DNA of 50,158 nucleotides from Methanosarcinales archaeon (lineage in GTDB: Archaea > Halobacteriota > Syntropharchaeia > Alkanophagales > Methanospirareceae), in NCBI GenBank assembly GCA_030611045.1, contig JAUWQN010000003.1, positions 1 through 50,158 on the forward strand. The letters run 5' to 3'. Within the stretch, counting starts at the first letter, position 1; each line of letters starts with the position of its first letter. A program made the position numbers and the translations under genes. Under the pieces are notes generated by a model. It ran no database searches. It was given only the letters and a program-made list of their open reading frames with translations, and was not told the origin of the DNA. Of the stretch, positions 18,280 through 29,033 are shown in pieces.

Positions 18280-18786
18280 GTGGGTACCGCTGAGGCAGCA
18301 GTGGAGATAGAACGTATAGGGGTAACGAATCCCGAGGAGAAGCAGGTAATAATCGGGCAGGGTAATTTCAGTATATTTACCTGCGATGACCTCTTCAAGA
18401 CTCTTTTGACCACTGTGCCCGGGATAAAATGTGCTGTTGCAATGAACGAAGCGGTGCCGAGATTGACGAGAGTCACGGGGAATGAGGAGAGCCTGAAGAA
18501 GTTAGCGGGTGAGAACTGTCTCCGAATCGCCGCCTCTCACACTTTTTTTATTATTATGGATGATGCGTTTCCCATAAATGTACTGAACGCTCTGAAGTCA
18601 CATCCCGCAGTTGCAACTATCTTCGTAGCTTCTGCAAATCCGTTGGACGTGCTTATTGCCGAGACCGAACTTGGACGAGCGGTCATTGGTGTAGTTGATG
18701 GCACATCGGCTAACAGGGTAGAGACTGAGGCAGAGAAGAGAGAACGAAGAGAGCTGTGCGAGAAGTTAGGGTATGTGGTTGAGTAG
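18280..18786 (+). CDS. Adenosine-specific kinase / AMP-binding family protein (COG1839, DUF355)
   Basis: IIGQGNF, AFPINVLN, ASANPL, GRAVIGVVDG and the LGY C-terminus. Confidence 0.8.
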   Translation: MGTAEAAVEIERIGVTNPEEKQVIIGQGNFSIFTCDDLFKTLLTTVPGIKCAVAMNEAVPRLTRVTGNEESLKKLAGENCLRIAASHTFFIIMDDAFPINVLNALKSHPAVATIFVASANPLDVLIAETELGRAVIGVVDGTSANRVETEAEKRERRELCEKLGYVVE

Positions 18787-18933
18787 CTAGCTAACTTTGC
18801 CTTTTTTTTCCTTTACTTTTTAAGTCAATATTCTTTGTGATTTTTGTCTCTCTTTTAGTTAAGACTCTACTTCTTGAGCGCTACAAGGAGTGGGTTTATT
18901 TTAAATACTATTAAGGATAATCTATATATTAAC

Positions 18934-19182
18934 ATGAAAAAAGATGAGCTGGTGCACCTCCATATGTTATTGGCTCAATTTAAGAAGTACTGTGAGGTAA
19001 ATGGCGTGAACGCTGATTTCAGTAAATATAACGAGTTGGGTATTTCTCCTTTTCAGGTGCACCGAAGCAAGGAAGAGCACAAGCAGGCTATTTTTGTTCT
19101 GGCGACCGAACTTGCGTCAATGGCAGCGAGAGATACTCTTACAGAAACTAAAAAACGTCAGAAAGGGAGAAAGCAAGAATAA
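18934..19182 (+). CDS. UPF0058 family protein
   Basis: MKKDELVHLH, Y.ELGISP.QVHRSKEEHKQAIFVL. Confidence 0.85.
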   Translation: MKKDELVHLHMLLAQFKKYCEVNGVNADFSKYNELGISPFQVHRSKEEHKQAIFVLATELASMAARDTLTETKKRQKGRKQE

Positions 19183-19237
19183 GGACGCTGTTTAGTTTGG
19201 CTTGTCGAATCTAAGTCGTTTATCATAAAGCAAAGCA

Positions 19238-19996
19238 TCATCGCCCTCGCCGCATCGCAATCTCAGACAACTCTGCCTGTACGCGAGGCTCCTGATATTT
19301 TTCAGTGCCGTGCAGATAATCCACAATCACTTCATATTCTTGATCCGCGAGAACGTCCTTGAGCCACGCCATGCCCTTTGTCATAAAAGGAATTAAGCAA
19401 TGCAGCTTTATGTCATATTCTTTCGCAAGCTCTTCCGCGCCTTGCTCCCTATCCAGGACGACGATGACATCTGAGCACGTTACGTGCTTCAACCCGCGCA
19501 CTTCCAGCTCGAATTCCAATTGCTTTACGGCTAACACTTTACTACCAAATTTTGTTACAAGATCATCTACAATCCCCACAGTATCGCCATCTTCTAAGAC
19601 GCCTTCAATCATAGAATGCTCGCCATATTCTTTTACAAAATTATTGAAATCCTCTAACGACCGCACCCCTTCTAATTTCCGTGTGAAACACGAAGGAATG
19701 TTCGCCTCTAAAGAAATGGCGGTGGCTATCGGTATGCCTGCAGTAGCAACACCAATGATCCTGTTTATATCGTTGCATTCTTCTCTTATAAGACTGCCCA
19801 GGACATAGCCAACTTTCTTGAGCAGTTCGGGGTAGGAGGACAGAGGACGTAATTGGATGTACAGAGGGCTCCACATGCCTGAAACGAGCGTCCATCCTTG
19901 CGGGTTATCTCTGAACCACGTCTTTATCATGCCACGTTTATACAAAGCACGTATTATCTCTTTTCCTACTTTCTCTTTTTCTTCTTGCCAGCTCAT
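19238..19996 (-). CDS. pyrE: Orotate phosphoribosyltransferase
   Basis: LVSG..SPLYI.LR..SYP, IVDDLVT PRPP motif and VLDREQG; adjacent to pyrF. Confidence 0.85.
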   Translation of the reverse strand: MSWQEEKEKVGKEIIRALYKRGMIKTWFRDNPQGWTLVSGMWSPLYIQLRPLSSYPELLKKVGYVLGSLIREECNDINRIIGVATAGIPIATAISLEANIPSCFTRKLEGVRSLEDFNNFVKEYGEHSMIEGVLEDGDTVGIVDDLVTKFGSKVLAVKQLEFELEVRGLKHVTCSDVIVVLDREQGAEELAKEYDIKLHCLIPFMTKGMAWLKDVLADQEYEVIVDYLHGTEKYQEPRVQAELSEIAMRRGR

Positions 19997-20022
19997 TCTT
20001 CGTACTCACTTCCAGTTGGTTG

Positions 20023-20742
20023 TTAAGTTAAGTTAAGTGCTTCATCACAAAATCTTCGTGCGGCATCTGCCATATCTTCGTGCTCATAAATTCCCGCACC
20101 TATAATCGCATACGCAGGTGCACCTTCTAAGACTCCAAAAGCGGATTTTATATCCCCGCCTTGTTTGCCAATCCCAGGCATGCTGTATTCTGGCGATTTC
20201 ACTATTCCAGACAACAACTTGTGGTACTGCTTAATAACCGCAGGTTTATTCCCCGGCACAATAAAATGGTTCACACCCTTCTCAGCCGCAATCGTGTACA
20301 TCTCCACGGGTGCATTGTCTCTGATAAACCCCTCTTCTTTCGCTAAATATCCATGATGCGTCATTTCTCCACCTACCATGGGTGTCAATTTTTCATCGTA
20401 GAGCGCATCTATGAATGCTGCTTCAGTTTGAGGGCCCGCCTGTGGGAAGATTATTACCCCTTTTATCCCTGCTTCCGCGCAGATCGCTGCAAACTTTTCA
20501 CCCATCCGCGGAATATCAGTTCCTGCTTTTTGGTGGTCATAGATCACCGGTAAATCGGTATATTCGTTCACAATATTGACTAATCGAGGGAGACCATAGG
20601 TTAACCCGAGAATAGCGCCGATTTTGTAGCCAACAATGCCCTCGAGGTCATACGTCGCCGCAATGAGTTTCCTGAACGTTTTTATATCATATACGTCACA
20701 AGCGGGAATAACGCCACGTTCAAGATGGAATAGTCCGCTCAT
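20023..20742 (-). CDS. pyrF: Orotidine-5'-phosphate decarboxylase
   Basis: IPACD, GYKIG, DHQKAGTDIP and PGIGKQGG. Confidence 0.85.
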   Translation of the reverse strand: MSGLFHLERGVIPACDVYDIKTFRKLIAATYDLEGIVGYKIGAILGLTYGLPRLVNIVNEYTDLPVIYDHQKAGTDIPRMGEKFAAICAEAGIKGVIIFPQAGPQTEAAFIDALYDEKLTPMVGGEMTHHGYLAKEEGFIRDNAPVEMYTIAAEKGVNHFIVPGNKPAVIKQYHKLLSGIVKSPEYSMPGIGKQGGDIKSAFGVLEGAPAYAIIGAGIYEHEDMADAARRFCDEALNLT

Positions 20743-21270
20743 CTTATTTCCCCCTTTTGAATTGTAAGCCGATCAGGCAGAATCTTCTCTAATTCTTTCA
20801 TGCTTGTATAACCTTTACGCATCAATCTTTTATATTTTTTGGACACCCCAGTGCGCACGGTAAAGCTGATGGCATGGACCGGAGTGGCGTAGAGTTGAAG
20901 GAGGAAGAGGGCAAGCACTGCCGCTTTCCCTACGGAACGGATTACCGACTCCAAATCTCTAAGATGAACATTCATGGTTTTTGTTTCCATTATTCTGTCT
21001 CATTTTGATGTTTCTTGCGAAGTTAACGTTTAGGGTAACGATGATGTTAGTTCTGCTCCCTCCTGCGGGAGGAACATTTACAGTCGAACCGTTAAACGCA
21101 AGAATTTCTTCATCCTTCTTAGCCACGTAAGCAAACGGCGTCTTCGATGTTACGTTTGCCATCGTTCCAAGGGCCCGTAGGTTTGACCGAGATGGGTTTT
21201 AATCGTAAGCTGGTCTCAGGTGCAGCCGATAGTTCCGCATGTATACAATACTGCAACAATCATTTTACTA
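20739..21270 (-). pseudogene. Short ORF fragments, possibly decayed genes for secreted proteins
   Basis: A GGAGGT RBS and ATG near 21263 are followed by an early TGA. The ORF at 20739-20990 has a signal-peptide-like stretch (AAVLALFLLQLYATPVHA) but no mature domain. Confidence 0.3.
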
Positions 21271-21423
21271 CCTCCTTTTCTTGCGCAGAATCTCTTATTT
21301 TGTTAAAAGTTTGGATTTGATTCAACATTTTTATATGCCTTCTCCCACGTATCCGGAAAAAGTTCAATAAAAATAGGGAAAAGAGCTTTGAATTTAATCT
21401 TCGTGCTCTTCCCATCCTCTTTT

Positions 21424-21711
21424 TTATTTCTTCATGCGCTCTAAGTACTCATCTATGTGAATCGCAGGTAGTGTCAGTACTTCCATTTTGCCTCCAGCAG
21501 TCAGTGCGATAGCTAATTTCATAATGACTTCCTCGCTTTCCGCTTTCAATATGTTCATGAAATCATAGGAACCTAAAAGAGCGTACTGGCTTATTACTTT
21601 CACACCCATCCTCTCCGCTTCTTCAGTTACTTCTTCTATCTTCTCTGGTTTGTCTCTTATTACTTTCCTACCTTCTGTCGTAAGTGTTGACAGCATCAAA
21701 TATATGCCCAT
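21424..21711 (-). CDS. GYD domain protein
   Basis: YLMLSTLT.EG and QYALLGSYDF; 95 aa. Confidence 0.85.
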   Translation of the reverse strand: MGIYLMLSTLTTEGRKVIRDKPEKIEEVTEEAERMGVKVISQYALLGSYDFMNILKAESEEVIMKLAIALTAGGKMEVLTLPAIHIDEYLERMKK

Positions 21712-21879
21712 TTTTCTTTTCCTCCGCTTTTTGGTTACTAATAAAGGCTGACGAGTTAAAAAGCTACCGGTAAAAGGTGAATAGAGTGAAGTAATGATTA
21801 GTTCGTATTCTCCTCGCTTTTCAGCGTTATCGCTTTTGCGGTGAAAGTAGAGCCGTTAAATCAAAGGTGATAGCATAAT

Positions 21880-22389
21880 CTAAATCTGAATTATCCAAGT
21901 ACCAGAAAAAAGTACATAACCCATAAAAAGTAAGCTCAGTATGGCCAATATAATATATATCCAGTAAATGATAGTCCTTATTCTGAATTGCTTTAAATTA
22001 ATACTTCGTTTATTCACATAGTCCTCTGCCGATGAAAACCGGTCGCATAGCAAATCATCAATTCCAAATGCTTTTAAATCGTTCTTAGTAAGTGTGTTCT
22101 GAATGTCAAGTTTATTACGAATGACAGAAATCGCATAGGTTGCTTGTAAATAATAACGACTTCCTCTATATAAAACCAACATTCCAAATATGCTGAATAG
22201 TAATGCTAAGAAGGGGAAGGTTACTGTAAGGATTGTTGGTGCTTGTGCTCTTATTAGTATTGCACTTAATCCTAAAAGTGCAATAATTAAAGCCGTAAAG
22301 AAATCTGAACTCCGCCATATTGAGGTATGGTATTCGTTCGCTAAGGATCTCTGCTCAGCAAGCAATGCGCGTAAATCTTCTTCTTTCAT
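21880..22389 (-). CDS. AT-rich hypothetical membrane protein with three TM segments
   Basis: 169-aa ORF with hydrophobic helices and visibly lower GC than its neighbours. Confidence 0.65.
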   Translation of the reverse strand: MKEEDLRALLAEQRSLANEYHTSIWRSSDFFTALIIALLGLSAILIRAQAPTILTVTFPFLALLFSIFGMLVLYRGSRYYLQATYAISVIRNKLDIQNTLTKNDLKAFGIDDLLCDRFSSAEDYVNKRSINLKQFRIRTIIYWIYIILAILSLLFMGYVLFSGTWIIQI

Positions 22390-22498
22390 CTTCTAATCTA
22401 ATAGCCTCCATCTCCCTGTCCAACCCAATATCCTTTGCTTGTATATAAATCTATCGCGATATTTTTTAGCAGAAATCTACTCACCTAAAGGAGATAGT

Positions 22499-24055
22499 TT
22501 AGGCAATGGTTTTTACCATAAACGGGCCTTCGCGTGTGTAGCCAAACCGTGCATAATAGTCTCGCACACCTATCCCGCTCATCACTGCTATCTTCCTGTA
22601 TCCCTTATCAGCCGCTATTTCCTCTGCTTTTCTTAATAAATGTGTTCCGTAGCCGCGATGCTGCCAGCTCTGCTGCTTCCGTTCGCCCAAGCCAACCAGT
22701 TCGCCATACACATGCAGGTCGCGAACCAAAGCAGCGTGCTTCAGCTCCGCACGATGAGGCGCGTACGGAAACCGCAACCTCAAAAGCGCTATTAAAATAT
22801 CGTTCTCAACGTCTTCGTAAGAGAGGAAATATTCTGTGCCCATGCATGCCTCGTAACGCTCTGATAAAAATATTATCTCCTGCTCATCGGCAACTCGCCC
22901 TACCAAACGAGAAAGACCTGCCTCTCTGCACCGTACACACTGGCATCTGTACCCTTCATCGTGCAATCGCGCATTCACTAATTGTCGCAGGTTGCTCTTC
23001 TTCACTCCCGCTTCTATGAACTGCGCAGGAATATCCCGCTGTATCCTTTGTATCCGCACCCACTTCGGTATTATTCGTTTCGCATACGTGATTATCTCAA
23101 TCGCTTCGTCCTCACAAATCGGCTTATAATCGCCCCGTTTCCACATATCATATAACTGCGTACCTTTAACCACCAGCGTAGGATATATCTTCAAATAATC
23201 CGGCTTGAAGTTGGAATCGTAGAAGATGCGTTCAAACATCTCTTTATCTTCTTTGAGGGTTGCGCCCGGCAAGCCAAGCATCACGTGAAAGCCCACCTTT
23301 AATGCACTATCGCGCGCTCTTCTGTTCGCCTCTATCGAATCTTCGACCGAATGCCCTCTACGTATAGTTTCTAAAACAGTGTTCGTGACCTGCTGCACGC
23401 CCAACTCGACTTTAGTAGCACCCATTTCCAGCATCTGCCCTATCTCTCCTTCATTCGCATAATCCGGTCTCGTCTCAAACGTCATACCAGTATTTCGTAT
23501 CTCCACCCCCCTCTCGCCTCCAAAATCCTTTATCGCATCCAGGCACCTTTTTACAAACCATCGCTGGTAATCTAAGGGCCTCGCAGTGAGCGTGCCACCC
23601 ATCAGGATCAACTCAACCTTCTCGAAATCGTGCCCGATTTCCGCTATCTGATGTAGCCTCGCTTTAACCTGTTCGTAGGGCTCGAAACCGTGTTGAGCAG
23701 CTCTACTGGCAGCAGGTTCCCGCCCGATGTAACTCTGCGGCGACTCGAAATCCGAGGCTGGACCACCGGGGCACATTATGCATTTCCCATGTGGACAGGG
23801 ATAAGGAGAAGTCATCACCGCAACAGGGGCAACGCCTGAAGCAGTACGCATCTTCTTCCTCTTTAATCGCTCTTTTAAATCATCTCGACTTAATTTCAGC
23901 ACGTCAGAATTTCGCGGAATGCTACACAACCCATATTTACTGCTTATTTCTTTCTTTAACCTATTTATGCTCTTTGCATCGCTTAATCCTCTTTCCGCTA
24001 CGATTTCTGCTATTTCCTTACATGCGAGGTCGTAGGTATTCGTATCTGCTGCCAT
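22499..24055 (-). CDS. elp3: Elongator protein 3, radical SAM / GNAT tRNA U34 modification enzyme
   Basis: RTASGVAPVAVM, CPHGKCIMCPGG, ETRPD, KIYPTLV, RIQRDIP and QHRGYG. Confidence 0.97.
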   Translation of the reverse strand: MAADTNTYDLACKEIAEIVAERGLSDAKSINRLKKEISSKYGLCSIPRNSDVLKLSRDDLKERLKRKKMRTASGVAPVAVMTSPYPCPHGKCIMCPGGPASDFESPQSYIGREPAASRAAQHGFEPYEQVKARLHQIAEIGHDFEKVELILMGGTLTARPLDYQRWFVKRCLDAIKDFGGERGVEIRNTGMTFETRPDYANEGEIGQMLEMGATKVELGVQQVTNTVLETIRRGHSVEDSIEANRRARDSALKVGFHVMLGLPGATLKEDKEMFERIFYDSNFKPDYLKIYPTLVVKGTQLYDMWKRGDYKPICEDEAIEIITYAKRIIPKWVRIQRIQRDIPAQFIEAGVKKSNLRQLVNARLHDEGYRCQCVRCREAGLSRLVGRVADEQEIIFLSERYEACMGTEYFLSYEDVENDILIALLRLRFPYAPHRAELKHAALVRDLHVYGELVGLGERKQQSWQHRGYGTHLLRKAEEIAADKGYRKIAVMSGIGVRDYYARFGYTREGPFMVKTIA

Positions 24056-24184
24056 CTCCTATGATTAATATTACATGATGCATCTACTTGCTCAATAAAG
24101 AGCAGGAAAAAATTCAAATCACATTTGGAGTTCGGAATTTATAAGTCCCCTGAACATTGAGTGAGCATGTGCATTTGTTACAGC

Positions 24185-25018
24185 TCATGCGTATCCGATT
24201 AAATCTTCTCTATCTCCCTCTCTTTCTTGTTCTCCAATCTCTTCGCTTTCTCTCGTTATACTCCCCTCTATGAGTTCCCCCTCTCTTCTCATTCTTTCCT
24301 CCAAATCAGATATATCTACTTTCAATCCCACTATCTCACCTACTTTTTCCAATAATCCCTTCGCAGCATTAAAATCCGGATATTCAGGCTCTGCAGGATT
24401 CTGTGCAGTGTTTGCGAATAAACATATCCCCTTTATCCCTTTCTCTCGCCCTATAGCAGCTACAAGTCCGGAAAAGCCTATAAATCTATCTACATGTGTC
24501 TTTTCAATTCCGTATTTAGTCATCTCTTCCAACAATTTCACATCGGTTGCGCAGCATCTGGCTCCCTCCTCTATTACCTGCGCACCAAGCGAAATCACCT
24601 CTTTTATGTGCAGCTCTACGAACAAATCCGTGAGTTTATCCGCGACCATATAATGGTTAAGCGCATCATAAGCCTGATAACCGCTTATTATCACGATGTC
24701 TCGGCTCTGTGCTTGCGCCTGTTTTTTATTATTCAGTATATAGAGTTTCACGCTTGGAAGTTCCACCACATTGTCTTTCGCTAGTTGTGCACCCACGTGG
24801 CTGGGAGCGCAGAGATAAGAAGGGCCGTAATAAACGCTGGGGAAGCCGTATGAAAAGAGTTCAGCAAATAATTGCGGCTGTGATTTTTCTACAAGTGCAT
24901 CTATGACAAGTTTACCAACAGATCGAAGCCCTGGTGCTCCCACTATTGCTATCGGATCTTTCAGCTTTAGCTTACGCGTATCCCGGTAATTTATCCACGC
25001 TCTTTTTGTTATGCTCAT
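24185..25018 (-). CDS. PAC2-family proteasome assembly chaperone homologue (PbaA/PbaB-like)
   Basis: PIAIVGAPGLRSVGKL, IGFSGL, PDFNAAK.LL and an acidic tail ending IGYA. Confidence 0.85.
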   Translation of the reverse strand: MSITKRAWINYRDTRKLKLKDPIAIVGAPGLRSVGKLVIDALVEKSQPQLFAELFSYGFPSVYYGPSYLCAPSHVGAQLAKDNVVELPSVKLYILNNKKQAQAQSRDIVIISGYQAYDALNHYMVADKLTDLFVELHIKEVISLGAQVIEEGARCCATDVKLLEEMTKYGIEKTHVDRFIGFSGLVAAIGREKGIKGICLFANTAQNPAEPEYPDFNAAKGLLEKVGEIVGLKVDISDLEERMRREGELIEGSITRESEEIGEQEREGDREDLIGYA

Positions 25019-25256
25019 ATTCTAAAATAAACAGGTATTTCTTAAAAAGAATATGAAAAGATAAAAGAGCTTGCGGGTCTAAGAAGCGTCGCCACTGATA
25101 ATCCGTGTCACTTCAAATTCCGTTCGTGAAGACCGATGACTTTACATAGCACTTTACATAGCATGAGTGCCTTTACCACCAGTTAGGATACCGGGCAGGA
25201 ATAGAGCCATTCCTGTAACTTGATGGTATGTGTGGGGGTGAATTGAATTGATAGTA

Positions 25257-25668
25257 ATGTCCGAAGAGCAGAAGCGGATAAAGGTACTGCATGTAGATGA
25301 CGAGCCGGATTTCCTCGCGTTGACAAAAGCTTTCTTGGAGCGAGAATATGCAGAGTTTAGCATTGACGCCATAACCTCGGCTGGAGAAGCCGTCGAACTC
25401 TTAAAGAGTGGCACATGATGTGGTCGTCTCGGACTACAAGATGCCTGTGATGGACGGTGCTGAGGCGACCAGAAGGATAATTGAAAACAATCCAAAAGCG
25501 AACATTTACCTGTTCACCGCATATGCCGGAACAGAGACAGAGAGCGAGGCACTCAAAGCGGGTGCGAAGGGGACAATAGGCAAAGGCGCAGACTGGAACT
25601 GAACAGCGGAAACTATTGCTAATATTCTGAACACTTTTGACAAAGACCTGAAGTCGCACGAGTTGTAG
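25257..25668 (+). pseudogene. Response-regulator receiver domain, frameshifted
   Basis: MSEEQKRIKVLHVDDEPDFL...LLKSGT-stop, continuing in another frame as HDVVVSDYKMPVMDG...LFTA...GA, with a second disruption near 25600. Confidence 0.8.
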
Positions 25669-25694
25669 CCTTTTTAAAATCGAAATTTGAGCAG

Positions 25695-26093
25695 TTACCC
25701 TTCTACAACCTTTACACACACTTCTCTCTGGCGAGGCCCGTCGCATTCAACGAAAAGGATACTCTGCCAGGTTCCGAGAGCCAAAACCCCTTTTTCTATG
25801 GGAATCGTTACACTCGAGCCAAGCACAACAGCCCTGAGATGGGCATGTGCGTTGTTATCTATTCTATCATGCAGGTATCCTTTCCCTTTTGGAACCAACT
25901 CGTTCAGAAGCTTTAAGATATCGTTTTTCAGCCCGGCTTCGTTCTCATTTATTATGATTCCTGTAGTTGTATGCTTGGTAAATATCACACAGACACCGGA
26001 ATCAACGCGTTTACTGCTAACGAATCCATTCACCTCGCGTGTGATATCAATAAGCTCGGTGCTTTCCTTTGTCCTTATTTCTATCCTTTCCAT
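25695..26093 (-). CDS. yjbQ: YjbQ/UPF0047 family protein
   Basis: HTTTGIIINENE, HD..DNNAHAHL and LGTWQSILFVECDGPR. Confidence 0.92.
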   Translation of the reverse strand: MERIEIRTKESTELIDITREVNGFVSSKRVDSGVCVIFTKHTTTGIIINENEAGLKNDILKLLNELVPKGKGYLHDRIDNNAHAHLRAVVLGSSVTIPIEKGVLALGTWQSILFVECDGPRQREVCVKVVEG

Positions 26094-26253
26094 GCTAGCT
26101 AGCTATACAAACAATCTTTAATTTAATATCGTATCCATTAAAAACTTATGGACGAAGTAGGTGTATGGCGGGGAAAAAAGTTTTATCAGCAAATAGTTGT
26201 TTCTTTTGTCAAGCTTTCTTTTCAAAAGAAAGGTTGTGAGGTGTGAAAATTGC

Positions 26254-28167
26254 ATGCAATTGCTGTTCATCCATTCTGATTATATAGAATACGAAGCGAA
26301 GTCGAAAACGAGAGTTGCAGAGGAGATAGATCCTGCAAGGAGGAAAGAGCGGATAGAAGAGGCGCTGGTTGCTTTTATCGCGGTGGAAAGCGAAGATGAG
26401 AAGAATGTACGATACATAGTAAAGAAGGCTGCGGAAGAAGCAAATTCTATTTTTGAGCAGGTTAATGCGGAAAGAATTGTTTTGTATCCGTATGCGCATT
26501 TAAGCTCTGAGCTTGCTTCGCCGGAGACGAGCGTAGAGATATTGCGAGGTCTAGAGGAGGTTTTGCGTTCACGCGGTGTGGAAGTAACGAGAGCACCCTT
26601 TGGCTGGTATAAATCGTTTACATTGAGATGCAAAGGGCATCCGTTATCAGAGCTGTCAAGGAAAATAACGGTTCTCGAAGGTGCGGAAACGAAAGAGGCA
26701 GCGGCAGAAAAGCAATCTAAGGCGTTAGAAGCGGAAGAGAAAGCGGTATCTCATTTCTTCTTTATGGATGAACACGGTAACCTCGTAGGGACGGATGATT
26801 TTGACTTTGAAGAAAAACATGAAAATTTGAAGAAGTTCTTCGTGTATGAAAGTGAGAAGCGGCGAGAAGTGGATAAGATACCGCCGCATGTAGAACTGAT
26901 GAAGCGGTTAGAGATCGCGGATTACGAACCCTCATCGGACCCTGGGAATCTACGTTTTTATCCGAAGGGCAAACTGATAAAGTCACTCTTGGAAGACTAC
27001 GTCAGGGATTCAGTGGCTGCTTACGGCGCTGCTGAGGTGGAGACGCCGATAATGTATAGTGTAGTGCATCCATCGCTGAAGGATTACCTCGAACGATTCC
27101 CCGCACGACAGTATTCAATGTTAGGTAAAGGGGGTAAGCCTGATTTGTTCTTACGGTTTGCAGCGTGCTTCGGGCAGTTCCTCATGAGCAAGGAGATGAG
27201 CATTTCGTATAAAAACTTACCCTTAAAGATTTTCGAGCTCGCGCCGTCTTTCAGAAAGGAGAAAAGAGGTGAACTTGTTGGGCTTCGTCGTTTGAGAAAG
27301 TTCACGATGCCTGATATGCATACGCTATGCAGGGACATGGATGAGGCATTGGTGGAGTTCGAGAAGCAATACGAGTTCTGTATGCGTATTTTAGCGGACA
27401 TCGGATTTTCACCAAAGAACTACGAAGTTGCGCTACGATTCACAAAAGAGTTCTACGATGACGGTGCGAACAAAGAGCTTATAGAGCGTTTGGTGGGAAT
27501 AGCAGGAAAGCCAGTGCTGATCGAGATGTGGGACCAGCGCTTTTTCTATTTCGTGCTCAAGTTCGAGTTCAACTTCGTGGACGCGTTAGGTAAGGCTTCG
27601 GCTTTGTCCACCGTCCAGATAGACGTTGAGAATGCAGATCGGTATGGTATAACCTACACCGATGCAGATGGCGCGCGAAAAAGCCCGATTATACTCCATT
27701 GTTCGCCAAGTGGAGCGATTGAACGATGCATATATGCGTTATTGGAGAAGGCATATCTGGATATGGAGGCGGGGGTTATGCCCATGCTTCCTTTATGGCT
27801 TTCTCCTACCCAGTTGCGATTAATTCCGGTAGCCGAGCGGCATTTGGAGTACCTCGAGGAGATTCTACCAGCACTGAACGGGATAATGCGCGTGGATGTG
27901 GACGATCGCGATGAGACCGTATCGAAGAAGATAAGGGATTCAGGACGTGAATGGATCCCTTACGTTGCTGTAGTAGGAGATAAGGAAGTGGAGAAGCAAA
28001 CGTTGAGTGTTACGATTAGGGCGGAATCGAGCAAGAAGAAGCGGAAGGTAGAGGAAATGAATGTTTCTGCGTTAAAAGAGCGGATTGAGGCAAGTATAAA
28101 AGACAAACCGTTCCGATCATTGCCGCTCTCTTATAAATTGTCAGAGCGGGCGAAGTTCGTGGGATAA
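26254..28167 (+). CDS. thrS: Threonine--tRNA ligase, archaeal type
   Basis: [16 protein letters not shown] and APFGWYKSF editing domain, [15 protein letters not shown] and [12 protein letters not shown]. Confidence 0.97.
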   Translation: MQLLFIHSDYIEYEAKSKTRVAEEIDPARRKERIEEALVAFIAVESEDEKNVRYIVKKAAEEANSIFEQVNAERIVLYPYAHLSSELASPETSVEILRGLEEVLRSRGVEVTRAPFGWYKSFTLRCKGHPLSELSRKITVLEGAETKEAAAEKQSKALEAEEKAVSHFFFMDEHGNLVGTDDFDFEEKHENLKKFFVYESEKRREVDKIPPHVELMKRLEIADYEPSSDPGNLRFYPKGKLIKSLLEDYVRDSVAAYGAAEVETPIMYSVVHPSLKDYLERFPARQYSMLGKGGKPDLFLRFAACFGQFLMSKEMSISYKNLPLKIFELAPSFRKEKRGELVGLRRLRKFTMPDMHTLCRDMDEALVEFEKQYEFCMRILADIGFSPKNYEVALRFTKEFYDDGANKELIERLVGIAGKPVLIEMWDQRFFYFVLKFEFNFVDALGKASALSTVQIDVENADRYGITYTDADGARKSPIILHCSPSGAIERCIYALLEKAYLDMEAGVMPMLPLWLSPTQLRLIPVAERHLEYLEEILPALNGIMRVDVDDRDETVSKKIRDSGREWIPYVAVVGDKEVEKQTLSVTIRAESSKKKRKVEEMNVSALKERIEASIKDKPFRSLPLSYKLSERAKFVG

Positions 28168-28980
28168 TGAGACATCCATACTTCCACTCCGATACCCTTC
28201 AAGATCAAGCGTAACGTAAGTGAATCCAAACGCCTTCAGTTTCCTTGATACCGCTTTAAGCACTTCAAAATCACAAAAAGCGTCCAATTCTTCATTATCA
28301 ATCTCTATCCTCGCTATTCCGCCACGATGTAATCGAACCCTGAGTCCTTTGAACCCAAAATCAGTCAAGAAATCTTCAGCCGCTTCGATCATCGCTAGTT
28401 TCTCCACCGTTAGTCGCTCGCCGTATTCTACCCTTGTAGCCAAGCAAGGCGAAGAGGGCTTATCCCAAAACGGTAGCCCGATCTCTTTCGCTATTTGCCT
28501 CACCTCATACTTTGTTATGCCCACTTCGACAAGGGGGTGCCACACACCTTCTTCTTCGGCAGCGGCAAGGCCCGGACGGTATTCACAAAAGTCGGAAACA
28601 GTAACACCTTCTGCAACGGTTGTTATGCCCTCTGCAGCCGCAATGCCCTTTAATCGCTTTGTAAATTCTCGCTTGCAATAATAGCATCTGTCATGCGGAT
28701 TTTTAACAAAATCATCGTTATTCTGCCACGGAAACTGCACGATCTTATGAATGACGCCCGTGTGGGTCACAAAACTCTTGACTTGTTCTAATTCCCTTCG
28801 CGGGAACAGTTCACTGTCCACCGTTACAGCCAGGACGCGCTCTTTGCCCAGCACATCAGAAGCAACCTTCAGTAATAAACCACTATCAACACCCCCTGAG
28901 AAAGCAACAAGTAACTTCTCTTCTCCGCCTATTTTTTTTCTTAATGCTTCAAGTTTCTTTCGCACGGTGAGGTCTAACAT
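28141..28980 (-). CDS. larE: LarE-like ATP-dependent sulfur transferase (PP-loop, TIGR00268-like)
   Basis: [27 protein letters not shown] and [10 protein letters not shown]. Overlaps the thrS 3' end by 27 bp, convergently. Confidence 0.88.
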   Translation of the reverse strand: MLDLTVRKKLEALRKKIGGEEKLLVAFSGGVDSGLLLKVASDVLGKERVLAVTVDSELFPRRELEQVKSFVTHTGVIHKIVQFPWQNNDDFVKNPHDRCYYCKREFTKRLKGIAAAEGITTVAEGVTVSDFCEYRPGLAAAEEEGVWHPLVEVGITKYEVRQIAKEIGLPFWDKPSSPCLATRVEYGERLTVEKLAMIEAAEDFLTDFGFKGLRVRLHRGGIARIEIDNEELDAFCDFEVLKAVSRKLKAFGFTYVTLDLEGYRSGSMDVSLSHELRPL

Positions 28981-29033
28981 GGTAGATTAAAGCGTATGTT
29001 TTATATAGCATTGTGTAGCAACCTTTTAAAAAG

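Noticed and set aside
21150-21270. Selenocysteine readthrough of the TGA after ...TCGTIGCT
   Set aside because: The readthrough product is short and resembles no selenoprotein, and no SECIS is evident. Gene decay is the simpler explanation.
28141-28167. Convergent thrS/larE overlap as a regulatory device
   Set aside because: Short 3' overlaps are common in compact archaeal genomes and nothing else supports a function.
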